A DNA stretch of 62,883 nucleotides, counting the filler, from Globobulimina sp. (taxonomy: Eukaryota), in NCBI GenBank assembly GCA_003354225.1. It is 51 parts of 51 records of this genome, joined end to end, with 100 filler letters (N's around TTAATTAATTAA, not from the genome) between each part and the next. Parts side by side here need not be neighbours in the genome. Positions count along the whole stretch, not along the records: positions 11,125 to 12,260 come from PIVH01022644.1; positions 12,361 to 13,496 come from PIVH01022645.1; positions 13,597 to 14,732 come from PIVH01022646.1; positions 14,833 to 15,967 come from PIVH01022647.1; positions 16,068 to 17,202 come from PIVH01022648.1; positions 17,303 to 18,437 come from PIVH01022649.1; positions 18,538 to 19,672 come from PIVH01022650.1; positions 19,773 to 20,907 come from PIVH01022651.1; 43 more parts are not named here. One strand, 5' to 3'. Under the pieces are notes generated by a model. That model did no database searches and was not told the origin of the DNA. It was given only the letters and a program-made list of their open reading frames with translations. Every line of letters begins with the position of its first letter. Position 1 is the first letter of the stretch. Shown here piece after piece: positions 11,514 through 22,242 of this stretch. Position numbers and translations under genes: made by a program.

Positions 11514-12260
11514 TTATTCTTGTTCTGTATTGCTACGTTCTTCATATTGGTCATCATTGCTAGTCATGAATGTCGATAGCAGTGATAAATAACGGTTATG
11601 ATTTTCTCCACATAAAATATATTTAGTTTCTTGTTTGCAACGATCCAATAAAAAGACATCAAATGCAAAAATTAAGAAAGCTACACATAAAAAAATAACA
11701 TATCCTTGTTCCACACTCGAAGGGATATCCCAATCAGATTCAGACAGCAAAATATATTCAGTGTCACGTTGAATAATAATATATGAAAATATATAGCAAC
11801 CCATCAACACAAAATATATACCAAAAATTATGCCAAAATATCTCAAAAAATATTCAATTTTACCTTGCAAAGTAGCACAAACATTATGTTTTTTACATGG
11901 AATGAAGATAATAATAAGAATGATTGGATAAAGTAGATAAATAAAAATAAAATATACAATTAATTGGAGATTAAATTCGAAAAATGGCCGAAATGCGCTC
12001 TGATAACATTGTGATGGATTTGCATTATTACTATCAAACGGAGGCGGATTGGGGCACATCATATTGTCATTATAATTTACTTTAAAATATTGATAACATT
12101 TAATATGTGTATAATAACAAGTTATGGATAAAACAATGTTGCCGATAAATAAAACAATGGATAATCGTTTCTCATAAAAAAATGTTACGATTACTAAGAA
12201 TGTGATATAAATTGAAGAAGATATAATTAATATAATGCCATAGTATGGATACCATGTATG
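11514..12260 (-). CDS. Multi-pass membrane protein of unknown function (5' truncated)
   Basis: Frame open from the contig end; about five hydrophobic segments. Confidence 0.6.
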   Translation of the reverse strand, partial: HTWYPYYGIILIISSSIYITFLVIVTFFYEKRLSIVLFIGNIVLSITCYYTHIKCYQYFKVNYNDNMMCPNPPPFDSNNANPSQCYQSAFRPFFEFNLQLIVYFIFIYLLYPIILIIIFIPCKKHNVCATLQGKIEYFLRYFGIIFGIYFVLMGCYIFSYIIIQRDTEYILLSESDWDIPSSVEQGYVIFLCVAFLIFAFDVFLLDRCKQETKYILCGENHNRYLSLLSTFMTSNDDQYEERSNTEQE

Positions 12261-12441
12261 NNNNNNNNNNNNNNNNNNNNNNNNNNNNNNNNNNNNNNNN
12301 NNNNTTAATTAATTAANNNNNNNNNNNNNNNNNNNNNNNNNNNNNNNNNNNNNNNNNNNNTGCTATGCATTGAAACGCTAAACTTTCAAAAAAAATACTT
12401 ACGAATGCACCTAAAACAACCAACAATGAGACTGAATCAGC

Positions 12442-13236
12442 TTATTCATCTACTTTTTTATCATTCTTTTCATCCTCGAGCTCTTTATCCTTTTTATTCC
12501 GATTATCATCAAAAAATTTCCCGGCACATCCTTTCAATGCATCAGATCTCTCCAATGTCTGTTTAGTTTCCACTTTCCTCATTACATTCCTTTTTCTTGT
12601 TGGATTTTCATAGTCAAATTGTATCATTTGAGCAAAATCAACCACATATTTTCTAACACCAATTTCTATCATACATTCATGATATAATAAACCAACTTCA
12701 TTCCCCAAGTCATCATCATCAGTGTCATCATCGTCAAATCCATATTTTGGTGCTATTTTATTATCCATTTGTTTTTGTGTTTTCTCTTCTTTTTCTTGTT
12801 GAATTTTTAATTGTTTCATAAATTTTTTAAATCCTTTTTCTAACTGTTTTTGATGTCCTTTCTGATACGCCCACCAACCACCGTTACGACCAGAATATTG
12901 CCAAATGATTATATCTCTCTTCTCATTTTTATTATTTTTATTTTTCTTGTTATTATTATTTTCCATCCATTCTGTTTTTTTCATTGTGGCTTTATCAATA
13001 ACTTTGACATCAAATTCTTGTCTACAATATGGACATGAAAATTTTTCTACATTGTTATCAATATTTGTATCATTGTCCTTGTCATTGCAATTAAAATCTG
13101 CTAAATTAAATGTGCTGCACGATTGCATTCTTATTTCTTTTAAGCATAAAAAACAAAAAACATGACCACATTCGAGAGTTATGGGCAATTCAATTTTATT
13201 AAAACATATACAGCACTCATTCTCGTCATCAGTCAT
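12442..13236 (-). CDS. RING + WWE domain E3 ubiquitin ligase (RNF146/Iduna-like)
   Basis: CCICFNKIELPITLECGHVFCFLC...CPYCR (C3HC4); WQYSGRNGGWWAY...YVVDFAQMIQFDYENPTRKRNVMR (WWE). Confidence 0.85.
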   Translation of the reverse strand: MTDDENECCICFNKIELPITLECGHVFCFLCLKEIRMQSCSTFNLADFNCNDKDNDTNIDNNVEKFSCPYCRQEFDVKVIDKATMKKTEWMENNNNKKNKNNKNEKRDIIIWQYSGRNGGWWAYQKGHQKQLEKGFKKFMKQLKIQQEKEEKTQKQMDNKIAPKYGFDDDDTDDDDLGNEVGLLYHECMIEIGVRKYVVDFAQMIQFDYENPTRKRNVMRKVETKQTLERSDALKGCAGKFFDDNRNKKDKELEDEKNDKKVDE

Positions 13237-14108
13237 TGAGGACGCATTGCTTGCAGCGCTTGTATTGCTTGTTGCTGTCGATGATTTTATTATTTGTGGT
13301 TTATCTACATTGCGGATTGTTGTATGTTAGAATTATAAGAATTATTTCGATGTAATGCACATACGGTGACATACCGCGCGCTTTATCACTATCATTGTGT
13401 ATTGGTGCTGTTGTGTTTTTTTTGTGTCTTTTTTTAGGTGGTTGATTGTCATTTGATGGGTCGGATAATGTTCGTTTCATGAGTTTGTTGCTGATANNNN
13501 NNNNNNNNNNNNNNNNNNNNNNNNNNNNNNNNNNNNNNNNTTAATTAATTAANNNNNNNNNNNNNNNNNNNNNNNNNNNNNNNNNNNNNNNNNNNNTCAT
13601 ATCTTGTAACTGATGAACCATCATAACTTGTAAGTTCACCACCATAACCATCAGAATCTATTTGTCCCTCAAAATATATCTCATCAATGATATTATCATC
13701 CAAATCGGAATTATTACAAATTAATTGCCCTGCGGGCTAGGCTGTGATGGCAGTATTCGCCTGACAGCGCGCTACTTTAATGTTAATATGACATGCACAA
13801 GCTGTACATAAACATCAATTATAATATCACAGGATAACTGCACCTGGGTACTCTTATTTAGTATGTTTTTGATTCTATATACATGTGCACAGGACAACTA
13901 TGATATGATTAATGATTTACATGACAACTGTACCTATATATTATTAACAGAATCTGTAATTTTTGCTCTCTGAATGTTCTCATAAACGTTCATTATTCGC
14001 AGATGGACCTAGTATTGACCAATGATTGTTGTGATGAACAGCAGTGATATGTTTCATTGTAATTGCAAATGAACTCATTGTTCATTTTGATTTGTGCTTA
14101 AGATCAAA

Positions 14109-14370
14109 AAACTCGGACATAATTCTGAGTACACCGTCCCCTTACAATAACTTGGGCGACTGGCTCGACCAAACCTCCTTACAATAACTCGGGCGACTGG
14201 CTCGACCAAAATCTCCTTACAATAACTCGGGCGACTGGCTCGACCAAAATCTCCTTACAATAACTCGGACATAACTTGCGTGTAAAATACATTTCCCCTT
14301 ACAATAACTCGGGCGACTGGCTTGACCAAACTTCCTTACTTAATCCTCAGTCTGGCTCGACCAAAACACC
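14109..14370. repeat. 37-38-bp minisatellite (CCTTACAATAACTCGGGCGACTGGCTCGACCAAA..) with a 44-bp variant unit
   Basis: CCTTAC starts at 14140, 14177, 14215, 14253, 14297, 14334. Confidence 0.9.
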
Positions 14371-14410
14371 TTCGCTCGCATATGCAATATGATTTTTTGT
14401 GGTGTTGGCA

Positions 14411-14550
14411 GATATATGAAGTCATGTGATCATATCTATATATATATATATATATGATCAAAATTTATATGTACGGATATATGTAGTCATGTGTGCGGAT
14501 ATGATCATATGACTTCATATGATCAAAATTTATATGTACGGATATATGCA
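14411..14550. repeat. Nested inverted and direct repeats around a (TA)n tract
   Basis: ATATGAAGTCATGTGATCATATC versus GATATGATCATATGACTTCATAT; TGATCAAAATTTATATGTACGGATATATG twice. Confidence 0.75.
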
Positions 14551-14832
14551 CAGGAGGTGCAAAAAATTTTTTTCTATATATCATAGACATATATGTGACA
14601 TTGTTCTTGAAGCAAGCAAGCAATGCTAAAATAATTTTTTTTTGTTACTTTTTACATTTTGAAGCATGCAAGCAAACACAAAAAAGTTTTTTTTTCTCAA
14701 TTTCACTAAAGCTCATGCATAATGGCTGAAAANNNNNNNNNNNNNNNNNNNNNNNNNNNNNNNNNNNNNNNNNNNNTTAATTAATTAANNNNNNNNNNNN
14801 NNNNNNNNNNNNNNNNNNNNNNNNNNNNNNNN

Positions 14833-15140
14833 TTTCAAAACATATTTATAAACATTTCATATAAATGGCTATATAAATACCTTTATAAATGACAATCCAA
14901 AAAAACATATTTATATGCTATTTATATTGATTGAAATCTAATCATATAAATAGCTATATAAATATGTTTTTGTCATTTATATGCCATTTATACAGCTTAT
15001 AAATATAGCGATTTCGCCATTTAGTGGGGTCCATTTATAAGAAAATTGTCATTTACATACTATTTATAAGAAAAATTTCAAAAAAAAAAGCCATTTATAT
15101 GTTATTTATATAAGAAAAAGCCATTTATAAACATATTTAC
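14833..15140. repeat. AT-rich foldback-like repeat built from CATTTATA/TATAAATG units
   Basis: AAAACATATTTATA at about 14838 and 14903 versus TATAAATATGTTTT at about 14957; several GCCATTTATA copies. Confidence 0.6.
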
Positions 15141-15578
15141 ATGAAGTATTCCACGAATAGCTCTGCAATTCTGCTTGTAATACATTCAAATAATGTTTCA
15201 TCAAATGATTTTATATTTGGATAAAATTGTTGCAAATGCTGAGTTAATATCTGGTCATATGTTGCAAACAAACCACACCAATATCATAACTGGTACTTTT
15301 TAATGAGGCAATATCTTTTCGTGATAAATTGCCGCATATATTTGCCGTACACTCCGCGGGGAGTTGACAAAACGACGAATTATTATCAGAATCTTCTGGT
15401 TTTGTTTTTTCATTGTTTGATTTCATCATGCTCTAATTTACTGATTTCATGTATTTGTTGTAATTCGTTTGATTTTGCATTTTCAATGATTATATCTAAA
15501 ATTTTGGCTGTAATTCCATGAAACACAGACTCTTTTATTCTGTCTATACATAGTTGTATTACGGCTTCGGTAAGTTCC

Positions 15579-15967
15579 ATGGCAACTTTAGGGCGTAAAC
15601 ATACCGTCTGTTTTGTAGGGGGTGGCAAGTCCTTTGTAGAATGTGAGTCGCCAGGAAGCAAATTAGTAGGAAAACAACATCAAATATCAATCCACAACAT
15701 ACCATCAGTTATTATGGAAGAAATCTTTGCATTTTTAAGTATCATTGATTATTTATGCAACATCACATTGGTTTGTAAAGAATGGACTATTAAGAATACG
15801 GAAGATATGATAAATAAGACAAATTTAATACGGTCATTGATTTATAACTCTTGCAAACATTCATTATATTACATTAACGGACAAACTTCAAACAATGAGG
15901 ATTTTCATTATCGAGTCACTGAATACGACCTCATCCACGAATACGAATTAAGTGCGGCATACACAGC
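15579..15967 (+). CDS. F-box domain protein (truncated; true start uncertain)
   Basis: ISIHNIPSVIMEEIFAFLSIIDYLCNITLVCKEW. Confidence 0.6.
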
Positions 15968-16067
15968 NNNNNNNNNNNNNNNNNNNNNNNNNNNNNNNNN
16001 NNNNNNNNNNNTTAATTAATTAANNNNNNNNNNNNNNNNNNNNNNNNNNNNNNNNNNNNNNNNNNNN

Positions 16068-16303
16068 ACAAAAGGAGATGTAAAAAGACTCGTTGCAGAC
16101 CGAATGATCCGTGCAAAACCTACAAAAGGAACTTCAAGAGTAAGAGCAAGAAAGATACAGAACCAGAAAAGCAAAGGAAAACAGAGAGGCTCAGGCTCAA
16201 GAAAAGGAAAGTTCGGTGCAAGATCATCAAGAAAAGAGGTTTGGATGACCCTTATCAGAAATATGAGATCATTCCTAAAAGAACTTAAAGACAAACAACT
16301 TAT
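16068..16303 (+). CDS. rpl19e: Archaeal-type 50S ribosomal protein L19e fragment (chimeric)
   Basis: TKGDVKRLVADRMIRAKPTKGTSRVRARKIQNQKSKGKQRGSGSRKGKFGARSSRKEVWMTLIRNMRSFLKELKDK. Confidence 0.85.
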
Positions 16304-17201
16304 GTTTGTTGTCCTCATTTTCAGTCAGCAACAACCGCAGCTCTCTGCCGCCGGCACTGTTCAATGTCGTGAATATGATCTCAGATTCCAGCAATATGGA
16401 AGTGATCAACTTGTCTTTGGCAGATTTCTTAGACAATGTTTTCACCCATAAACAGCGCTGCAGCTCCACATAACTGCTATGAATCTGCTGCAGGAAATGT
16501 ATAATTTTCTGCGCTTCGTTTTGCTGGAAAGTCTCAAACGACATTTCTTGGTAAGATGTTAAGTGCGAAGTTATAAACTGCGATAATTTGCTTTCATTTT
16601 CTAATTTTTTCTGCTTGAAAAAGCGAATGCGGTCAGCTAATTTTTTGAGGTTGACCTGTTGTTCGAATTTGTTATTATAGCGATGGTTCAGGAAAGCATC
16701 CACTTTGCTGTGCAGAGAGACTTGTTTCCCAACTTCGATCCGACATTTATCCATATTGCCGATCCGAATGATAGGCGGCGAATACTTGAAATCATTGCCA
16801 TCCACAAACTGTTGACTCATTAATCGAACTATGATCTCATCCACAGCGGCATTGGAAGGCGCTGCCACTAAAATGCGGGGCTTTGCAATGGGCAGTACAT
16901 CGCTATTATTGTTATTGTTGTGAGTGTGCAACTTATTGTACATAGTTTTCAGCCACGACTCAAACATAGCTTGGGTCTTTCCGATATGGTACGCATTCAT
17001 TAAATGCAACACCGTGCGCGTTTTGCCCGTACCAGGCGGGCCTTGCAACAGTGTAATACCTCCACTTTTGCAGGCTTTCTCAATGGCTTTGCATTGGGAC
17101 GAATTCAGATATCTTCCTAGCCGCTTTTTATATGCATCGGGAACATAGCTCCATGCGAACATATCATTGCTGTTCGATCCAATATGTTGCGGCTTTTGCG
17201 C
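16297..17201 (-). CDS. Sen1/senataxin/Upf1-like SF1 helicase fragment
   Basis: LNSSQCKAI; LLQGPPGTGKT; RILVAAPSNAAVDEI; IIFTTLNSAG; breaks just before the expected DEA motif. Confidence 0.85.
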
Positions 17202-17513
17202 ANNNNNNNNNNNNNNNNNNNNNNNNNNNNNNNNNNNNNNNNNNNNTTAATTAATTAANNNNNNNNNNNNNNNNNNNNNNNNNNNNNNNNNNNNNNNNNN
17301 NNACCAGCACCTCTCTGATATTTTGAATATTCACCAAAATAATAATTTGAACAGTTATTTCGGAAATAATTATTTTGACGGAATTACTATTTTTGACAAA
17401 AATCCAAAAAAATGCAATAAACGCTGCAACGGTGAAATTAAAAGTTTTAACGGTTTGAAAAAAAACACATTTAAAAAAACCAAACCGTTTCGAAAATAGT
17501 AATATAATGGTAC

Positions 17514-17988
17514 TATTACTATTTTCGAAACGGTGTGGTATTTTTTTTGTTGTAAATTGTTTAATTGTTAAATATTTAATTTCCGCAAAATACAACTTTT
17601 CCCGAAAATTGCCAAATCATGAAATTCTTAAAATCGCTAATTCCTTAAAATCCCAAATTCCTTAAAATCGCTAATTTCTTAAAATTGCTAATTCCTTAAA
17701 ATCGCGAATTCATTAAAATCACTTATTCCTTAAAACCACTTTAAAAAACCACCTAAAAAACCACTTATTGCGATTTTAACGAATTCGCGATTTTAAGGAA
17801 TTAGCAATTTTAAGAAATTAGCGATTTTAAGAAATGAGGGATTTTAAGGAATTAGCGATTTTAAGAAATTCATGATTTGGCAATTTTCGGAAAAATTGAC
17901 AAAAGCTGTATTTTGCGGAAATTAAATATTTAACAATTTAAACAATTTACAACAAAAAAAATACCACACCGTTTCGAAAAGAGTGATA
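17514..17988. mobile_element. Foldback/MITE element, about 475 bp, with about 200-bp inverted arms containing 17-bp subrepeats
   Basis: TATTACTATTTTCGAAACGGTGTGG... mirrored by ...CCACACCGTTTCGAAAAGAGTGATA; internal TTC/CCTTAAAATCGCTAA units mirrored in the right arm. Confidence 0.85.
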
Positions 17989-18253
17989 TGTGGATAAAAC
18001 AAAATAAAGAGTGATTCTGCACATTTACGAATAAATAAACGCTTATTAAACATTTCTTTTTAAGCCTTGAACGGTCCAATGCAACCAAGCAAAGCCCAGC
18101 AGAATCGCTAAAACCGCAGTGCTTTTCCTGAAATACAATTCATCCGTAGATAACTGATGATTGGCGGACAACACAATGCTTTGCTGAAACACAATGCTGG
18201 AATGCTCCTTAATGCTGCATTAATGTATGGCAAATATTGATGTTTCAGATTTT

Positions 18254-18437
18254 CATATATCGTCAAATATGTAACAATCAACTGTCCAATAAATAATCAA
18301 TTCAAATTGTACGATCATTATTAGATTACTCCAGCGATACAATACAAGCAATGCCAGTAAAGCTATCACATGGTGTATCCATACAGAAATTTTCATCTTT
18401 CTCAAAACGAAGACATCCCATAAATAACTTCCATACT
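18254..18437 (-). pseudogene. TLC (TRAM/LAG1/CLN8)-like membrane protein fragment
   Basis: YGSYLWDVFVLRKMKISVWIHHVIALL (Y-x-x-D...HH pattern) followed by an early stop. Confidence 0.4.
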
Positions 18438-18849
18438 NNNNNNNNNNNNNNNNNNNNNNNNNNNNNNNNNNNNNNNNNNNNTTAATTAATTAANNNNNNN
18501 NNNNNNNNNNNNNNNNNNNNNNNNNNNNNNNNNNNNNTGTTGGTAAATTACGTAATTAAAATTTGACCCTAGGTCCTAGGTCCCATGATTCCCATCGCAA
18601 TTGCAACAACTTCAAACTTTTTTTCTTACAAACGAGGTAATAAACAATAAACAGACTATAAACTTAACAATAGCTTGACACACAACAACAACAATATTAA
18701 TACAACAATATGACAGATATAGAAAAGAAAAGCACAACACAAAAATGAATAATAATGCATGACAAAAAAAACAAAAAAACTTATTTTCGTATAAAAATAA
18801 AAAATATATCCGGAGCTATAAATATATCCGTATAAAAATAAAAAATAAC

Positions 18850-19594
18850 TTATTTTCTTTTAAGTTGATCAAAATATGGATTATCCAAACATGATTGGAA
18901 CGAATTGCATTTTATAAATTCCACATTGGAGTTGAGATTTAATAATGAAAAATATATCAACAAATGCTTTAAATCATAATTAATATCAGAATCCATAATA
19001 TATTCCTGTACATTGGCATCAATTATATCTTTAAATATATTTCTATCGCACAAAAAGGATGCCATTAAGCCTGAAAATTGCACACAAAAATCTTGCAACA
19101 AACAGGTGTGTTTCTGAATAATTTCTGGTTCTTCTTTATCCGGTTCAGTCCATAAAAAATGCGTTTCATTGATATTATCGCCATAATCTTTGCCACAAAT
19201 CGATTTTCTGAATGTTGGCTTTCCTTTCTCTGACAATCCCCACTCTTCGCTACCAGGCTGAGCTAAAAACAATTCATCGATGCGAGAATACCCAAAATCA
19301 AACATCATTATTCTTGGACCATTTAAATAATACACTGCGGATTTATTTGTATTGTTAGATTCCAAATTAACCGGGAAATTTTTTAAATTTTTCTCAGTAA
19401 TTTTAATATTAAAATAATGAAGATCTTGATGGACAAATCCTAAATTAACATTTGCGACGTACAAAAAAAGCAATATCTGAAATAAAATTGATTTAATTTC
19501 AACCAATGAAGGATTCGCATTGTTTATTACATTTTGTATTATATATTTTTTCATTGTTATTCCGTCGATGTATTGCATAATATAATATGGATTG
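18850..19594 (-). CDS. Atypical (haspin/NCLDV-like) protein kinase C-lobe
   Basis: [39 protein letters not shown]. Confidence 0.7.
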
Positions 19595-19672
19595 TATTCG
19601 CCTGTTTCGCGAAATAGTCGACCACCTTCCCCTTGCCTTCGTCTCCCCACTGGGCACCGACAATGACGACAC
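19595..19672 (-). CDS. purA: Prokaryotic adenylosuccinate synthetase N-terminal fragment (chimeric; not in ORF track)
   Basis: Frame from 19670: [26 protein letters not shown]-rich compared with the rest of the contig. Confidence 0.9.
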
Positions 19673-20190
19673 NNNNNNNNNNNNNNNNNNNNNNNNNNNN
19701 NNNNNNNNNNNNNNNNTTAATTAATTAANNNNNNNNNNNNNNNNNNNNNNNNNNNNNNNNNNNNNNNNNNNNCCTTGGTGAAAAACTTTGTTTTTACAAA
19801 CACGTTTCCAGGCACGATTTTACTGACTTGTGATAAAATACTATTACTAACACAGTGTGTTTTCTGTGCATAAAAACTGCGTTGAAACAGAAACGCAAGT
19901 TATCTTCGCCGTACCTTTTTAAAAACGCAAGTTATCTTCGACATTCAATAACTTGTGTTTTTATGACTTTTTCTGATACAAACTTAGAAACGCAACACAT
20001 CAGATGACGGCAGTTTATTTTTCCTTGTTAGAGAAGTCCGACAATTTAAAGCTGTTGTTTCGAAACTTTGGATTGTATTTAATATGTGTGTATTATGTAT
20101 GTAATTCGCAAACACCAAAAAAAAAGAGAGGATGGTACATGTTAAATAAAAAAGCATATCCTCGCACAGACAACAAATAAACATATAAAG

Positions 20191-20904
20191 TCAGGGTGAT
20201 TTGGTCTGAATGTCTTTTATCTGTTTTTGAATAACATTATTATCTTTAACCTCTTCCTGTTTTTTATCATCATTGTCATTATGCTTTGACTTAAACATGA
20301 CATTGAACCTATTGATGGAGGCCGCATCGCAGATAAATTCCACTTGAATCTTCCTCGAATAATCGATGGCATCGTTTAATTGATCAATATCATTCTGAGA
20401 CAATTTGTCTTTCTCTCTCAATTTATGCACTTGATGAATATACATAGTTTTAGCAAATAAATCCTTGTCATCTATGCTTTGCATATCATTCTCTTGATAC
20501 ATTTTATAATATTCTTTGACAGATTTTCGTATCGAAGGTATGATCTTTTTTATTTCCTCCAACACACAAAAATCACCCCAATCTTTCTCAAAATCGAGCG
20601 AAAAATTGGCCTGTTCAAATTTAATTAATTGTGCTTGAAAGCCAATATTGGGCATAATAAAGGAGCGGTTTTGGCGGATTTCCAACAAAACTCTGTTAAA
20701 TGGCTTCTTATGCAAATACATTTCGTACGCAATGATGACTGTGGCGGAGCGAGAGAGGCCTTTATGACAATGGACAAATAAGTTGGATTTGCCCGCAACA
20801 ATACATTCATCCATAAATTTGAAGCATTCAGACATGACATCCATGATGAAATAGCCCGGCCGGTCTTCGATCCGATTTAATAGTACATATTTGAACTCAG
20901 CGGA
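20191..20904 (-). CDS. Dual-specificity protein phosphatase (5' truncated)
   Basis: LFVHCHKGLSRSATVIIAY; IRQNRSFIMPNIGFQAQL. Confidence 0.9.
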   Translation of the reverse strand, partial: SAEFKYVLLNRIEDRPGYFIMDVMSECFKFMDECIVAGKSNLFVHCHKGLSRSATVIIAYEMYLHKKPFNRVLLEIRQNRSFIMPNIGFQAQLIKFEQANFSLDFEKDWGDFCVLEEIKKIIPSIRKSVKEYYKMYQENDMQSIDDKDLFAKTMYIHQVHKLREKDKLSQNDIDQLNDAIDYSRKIQVEFICDAASINRFNVMFKSKHNDNDDKKQEEVKDNNVIQKQIKDIQTKSP

Positions 20905-21009
20905 TCANNNNNNNNNNNNNNNNNNNNNNNNNNNNNNNNNNNNNNNNNNNNTTAATTAATTAANNNNNNNNNNNNNNNNNNNNNNNNNNNNNNNNNNNNN
21001 NNNNNNNAA

Positions 21010-21261
21010 CTTGATAAAAGTTTTTTAGAGGAGGGATACAACAATTCAGAGGATGTAAATTATTTGGACATAAAAAAAACAGGGCTATTTATATCCCCCA
21101 AGCCTTCGCCTATTCAGAGTAGACCGCGAAAGGGTAGGATTCTATATTATCGGCCAAAAGAAGAAATTGATCAAGCAAAGATTCTTTTAAAAGTGACATC
21201 AAACAAAGCAGTTGGAGAAAAGACTTTCGAATATTTTTTGTCGATGGAGGGCGATGAGTAA
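21010..21261 (+). CDS. C-terminus of a prokaryotic protein (possibly a GHKL/HATPase-type ATP-binding protein) coupled to the next gene
   Basis: Open from the contig start; ends ...VTSNKAVGEKTFEYFLSMEGDE; TAATG stop/start overlap; the ATPase label is recalled context, not visible here. Confidence 0.55.
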   Translation, partial: LDKSFLEEGYNNSEDVNYLDIKKTGLFISPKPSPIQSRPRKGRILYYRPKEEIDQAKILLKVTSNKAVGEKTFEYFLSMEGDE

Positions 21262-22142
21262 TGGGGGGAAGCTACGAAAAGATAAATTATAGTCTTCGGC
21301 CAGCAAAATGCATAGAGCGAAAAATGCTATGTGAAACTTTTCGCCGATTAGCACCATTCGGTAAGGTTGAGAATTATAGATATATTGGATTTGGGTCAAC
21401 TTTTTTTAATGATTTTGTATTGTTTCATAAATCATTAAACATAACGAATATGATCAGTATCGAGAAAGATACACACAATGACAAAAGATTTTTATTTAAT
21501 CGCCCATTTAAATGTGTTTCAATAAAATTTGGGAGTTCGAACGAAGTACTCTCGACGTTAACTTGGGGGGCAAGAAACATAGTTTGGCTTGATTATGACA
21601 AGAAATTAAATACAGATGTATTAGATGATGTTAGGTTCGTATGTAGTAAAGCTATATCTGGTAGTGTATTAATTGTATCTATAAATGTTGAACCAGAAAA
21701 AAACATAGACATAAGTGTTGATAAAATTGGTGAGTATCGATTAAAATGCCTCAAGGATGATATTGGGGAAAAAAGAATACCATCAGGTTTAAAATATAAA
21801 GAATTAGCTGGATGGGGTAAAGCTATTATTTGTAGAAGAATAATTAATAATGAAATCCAACAAATACTTTCTGATATCAATGGTGCAAGAGAACCAGGAA
21901 ATAAACTATGCTATAATCAACTGTTCAACTTTCATTATGCGGACGGTGCAAAAATGCTAACCACAGGAGGATTGTTGTATGATGAAGGGCAAGAAGCCTT
22001 ATTTAAACAGTGCGATTTTGATGTGCTTGATTACATCATTCAAGGCGACAAACCTTATATAATTGATATCCCTAATTTAACTTTTAGGGAAATACGTTAT
22101 TTAGACACACAGTTGCCGAATAATAAGAAAATATCAACAAAA
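21261..22142 (+). CDS. Prokaryotic putative SAM-dependent (O-)methyltransferase-like protein; 3' truncated
   Basis: INYSLRPAKCIERK; YRYIGFGSTFFNDF; MISIEKD; IVWLDYD; FHYADGAKMLTTGG; GGAGG Shine-Dalgarno at 21246-21250; no introns. Confidence 0.75.
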
Positions 22143-22242
22143 NNNNNNNNNNNNNNNNNNNNNNNNNNNNNNNNNNNNNNNNNNNNTTAATTAATTAANN
22201 NNNNNNNNNNNNNNNNNNNNNNNNNNNNNNNNNNNNNNNNNN

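Noticed and set aside
14109..14370. CRISPR array
   Set aside because: Units are head-to-tail without unique spacers.
16104..16451. Overlapping antisense genes L19e and Sen1
   Set aside because: Homology of both ends at about 16300; the overlap is run-through past a chimeric junction.
17303..17595. 114-aa ORF
   Set aside because: Lies in AT-rich transposon-terminal repeat sequence with no protein features; likewise 53112-53305 and most of 5182-5374.
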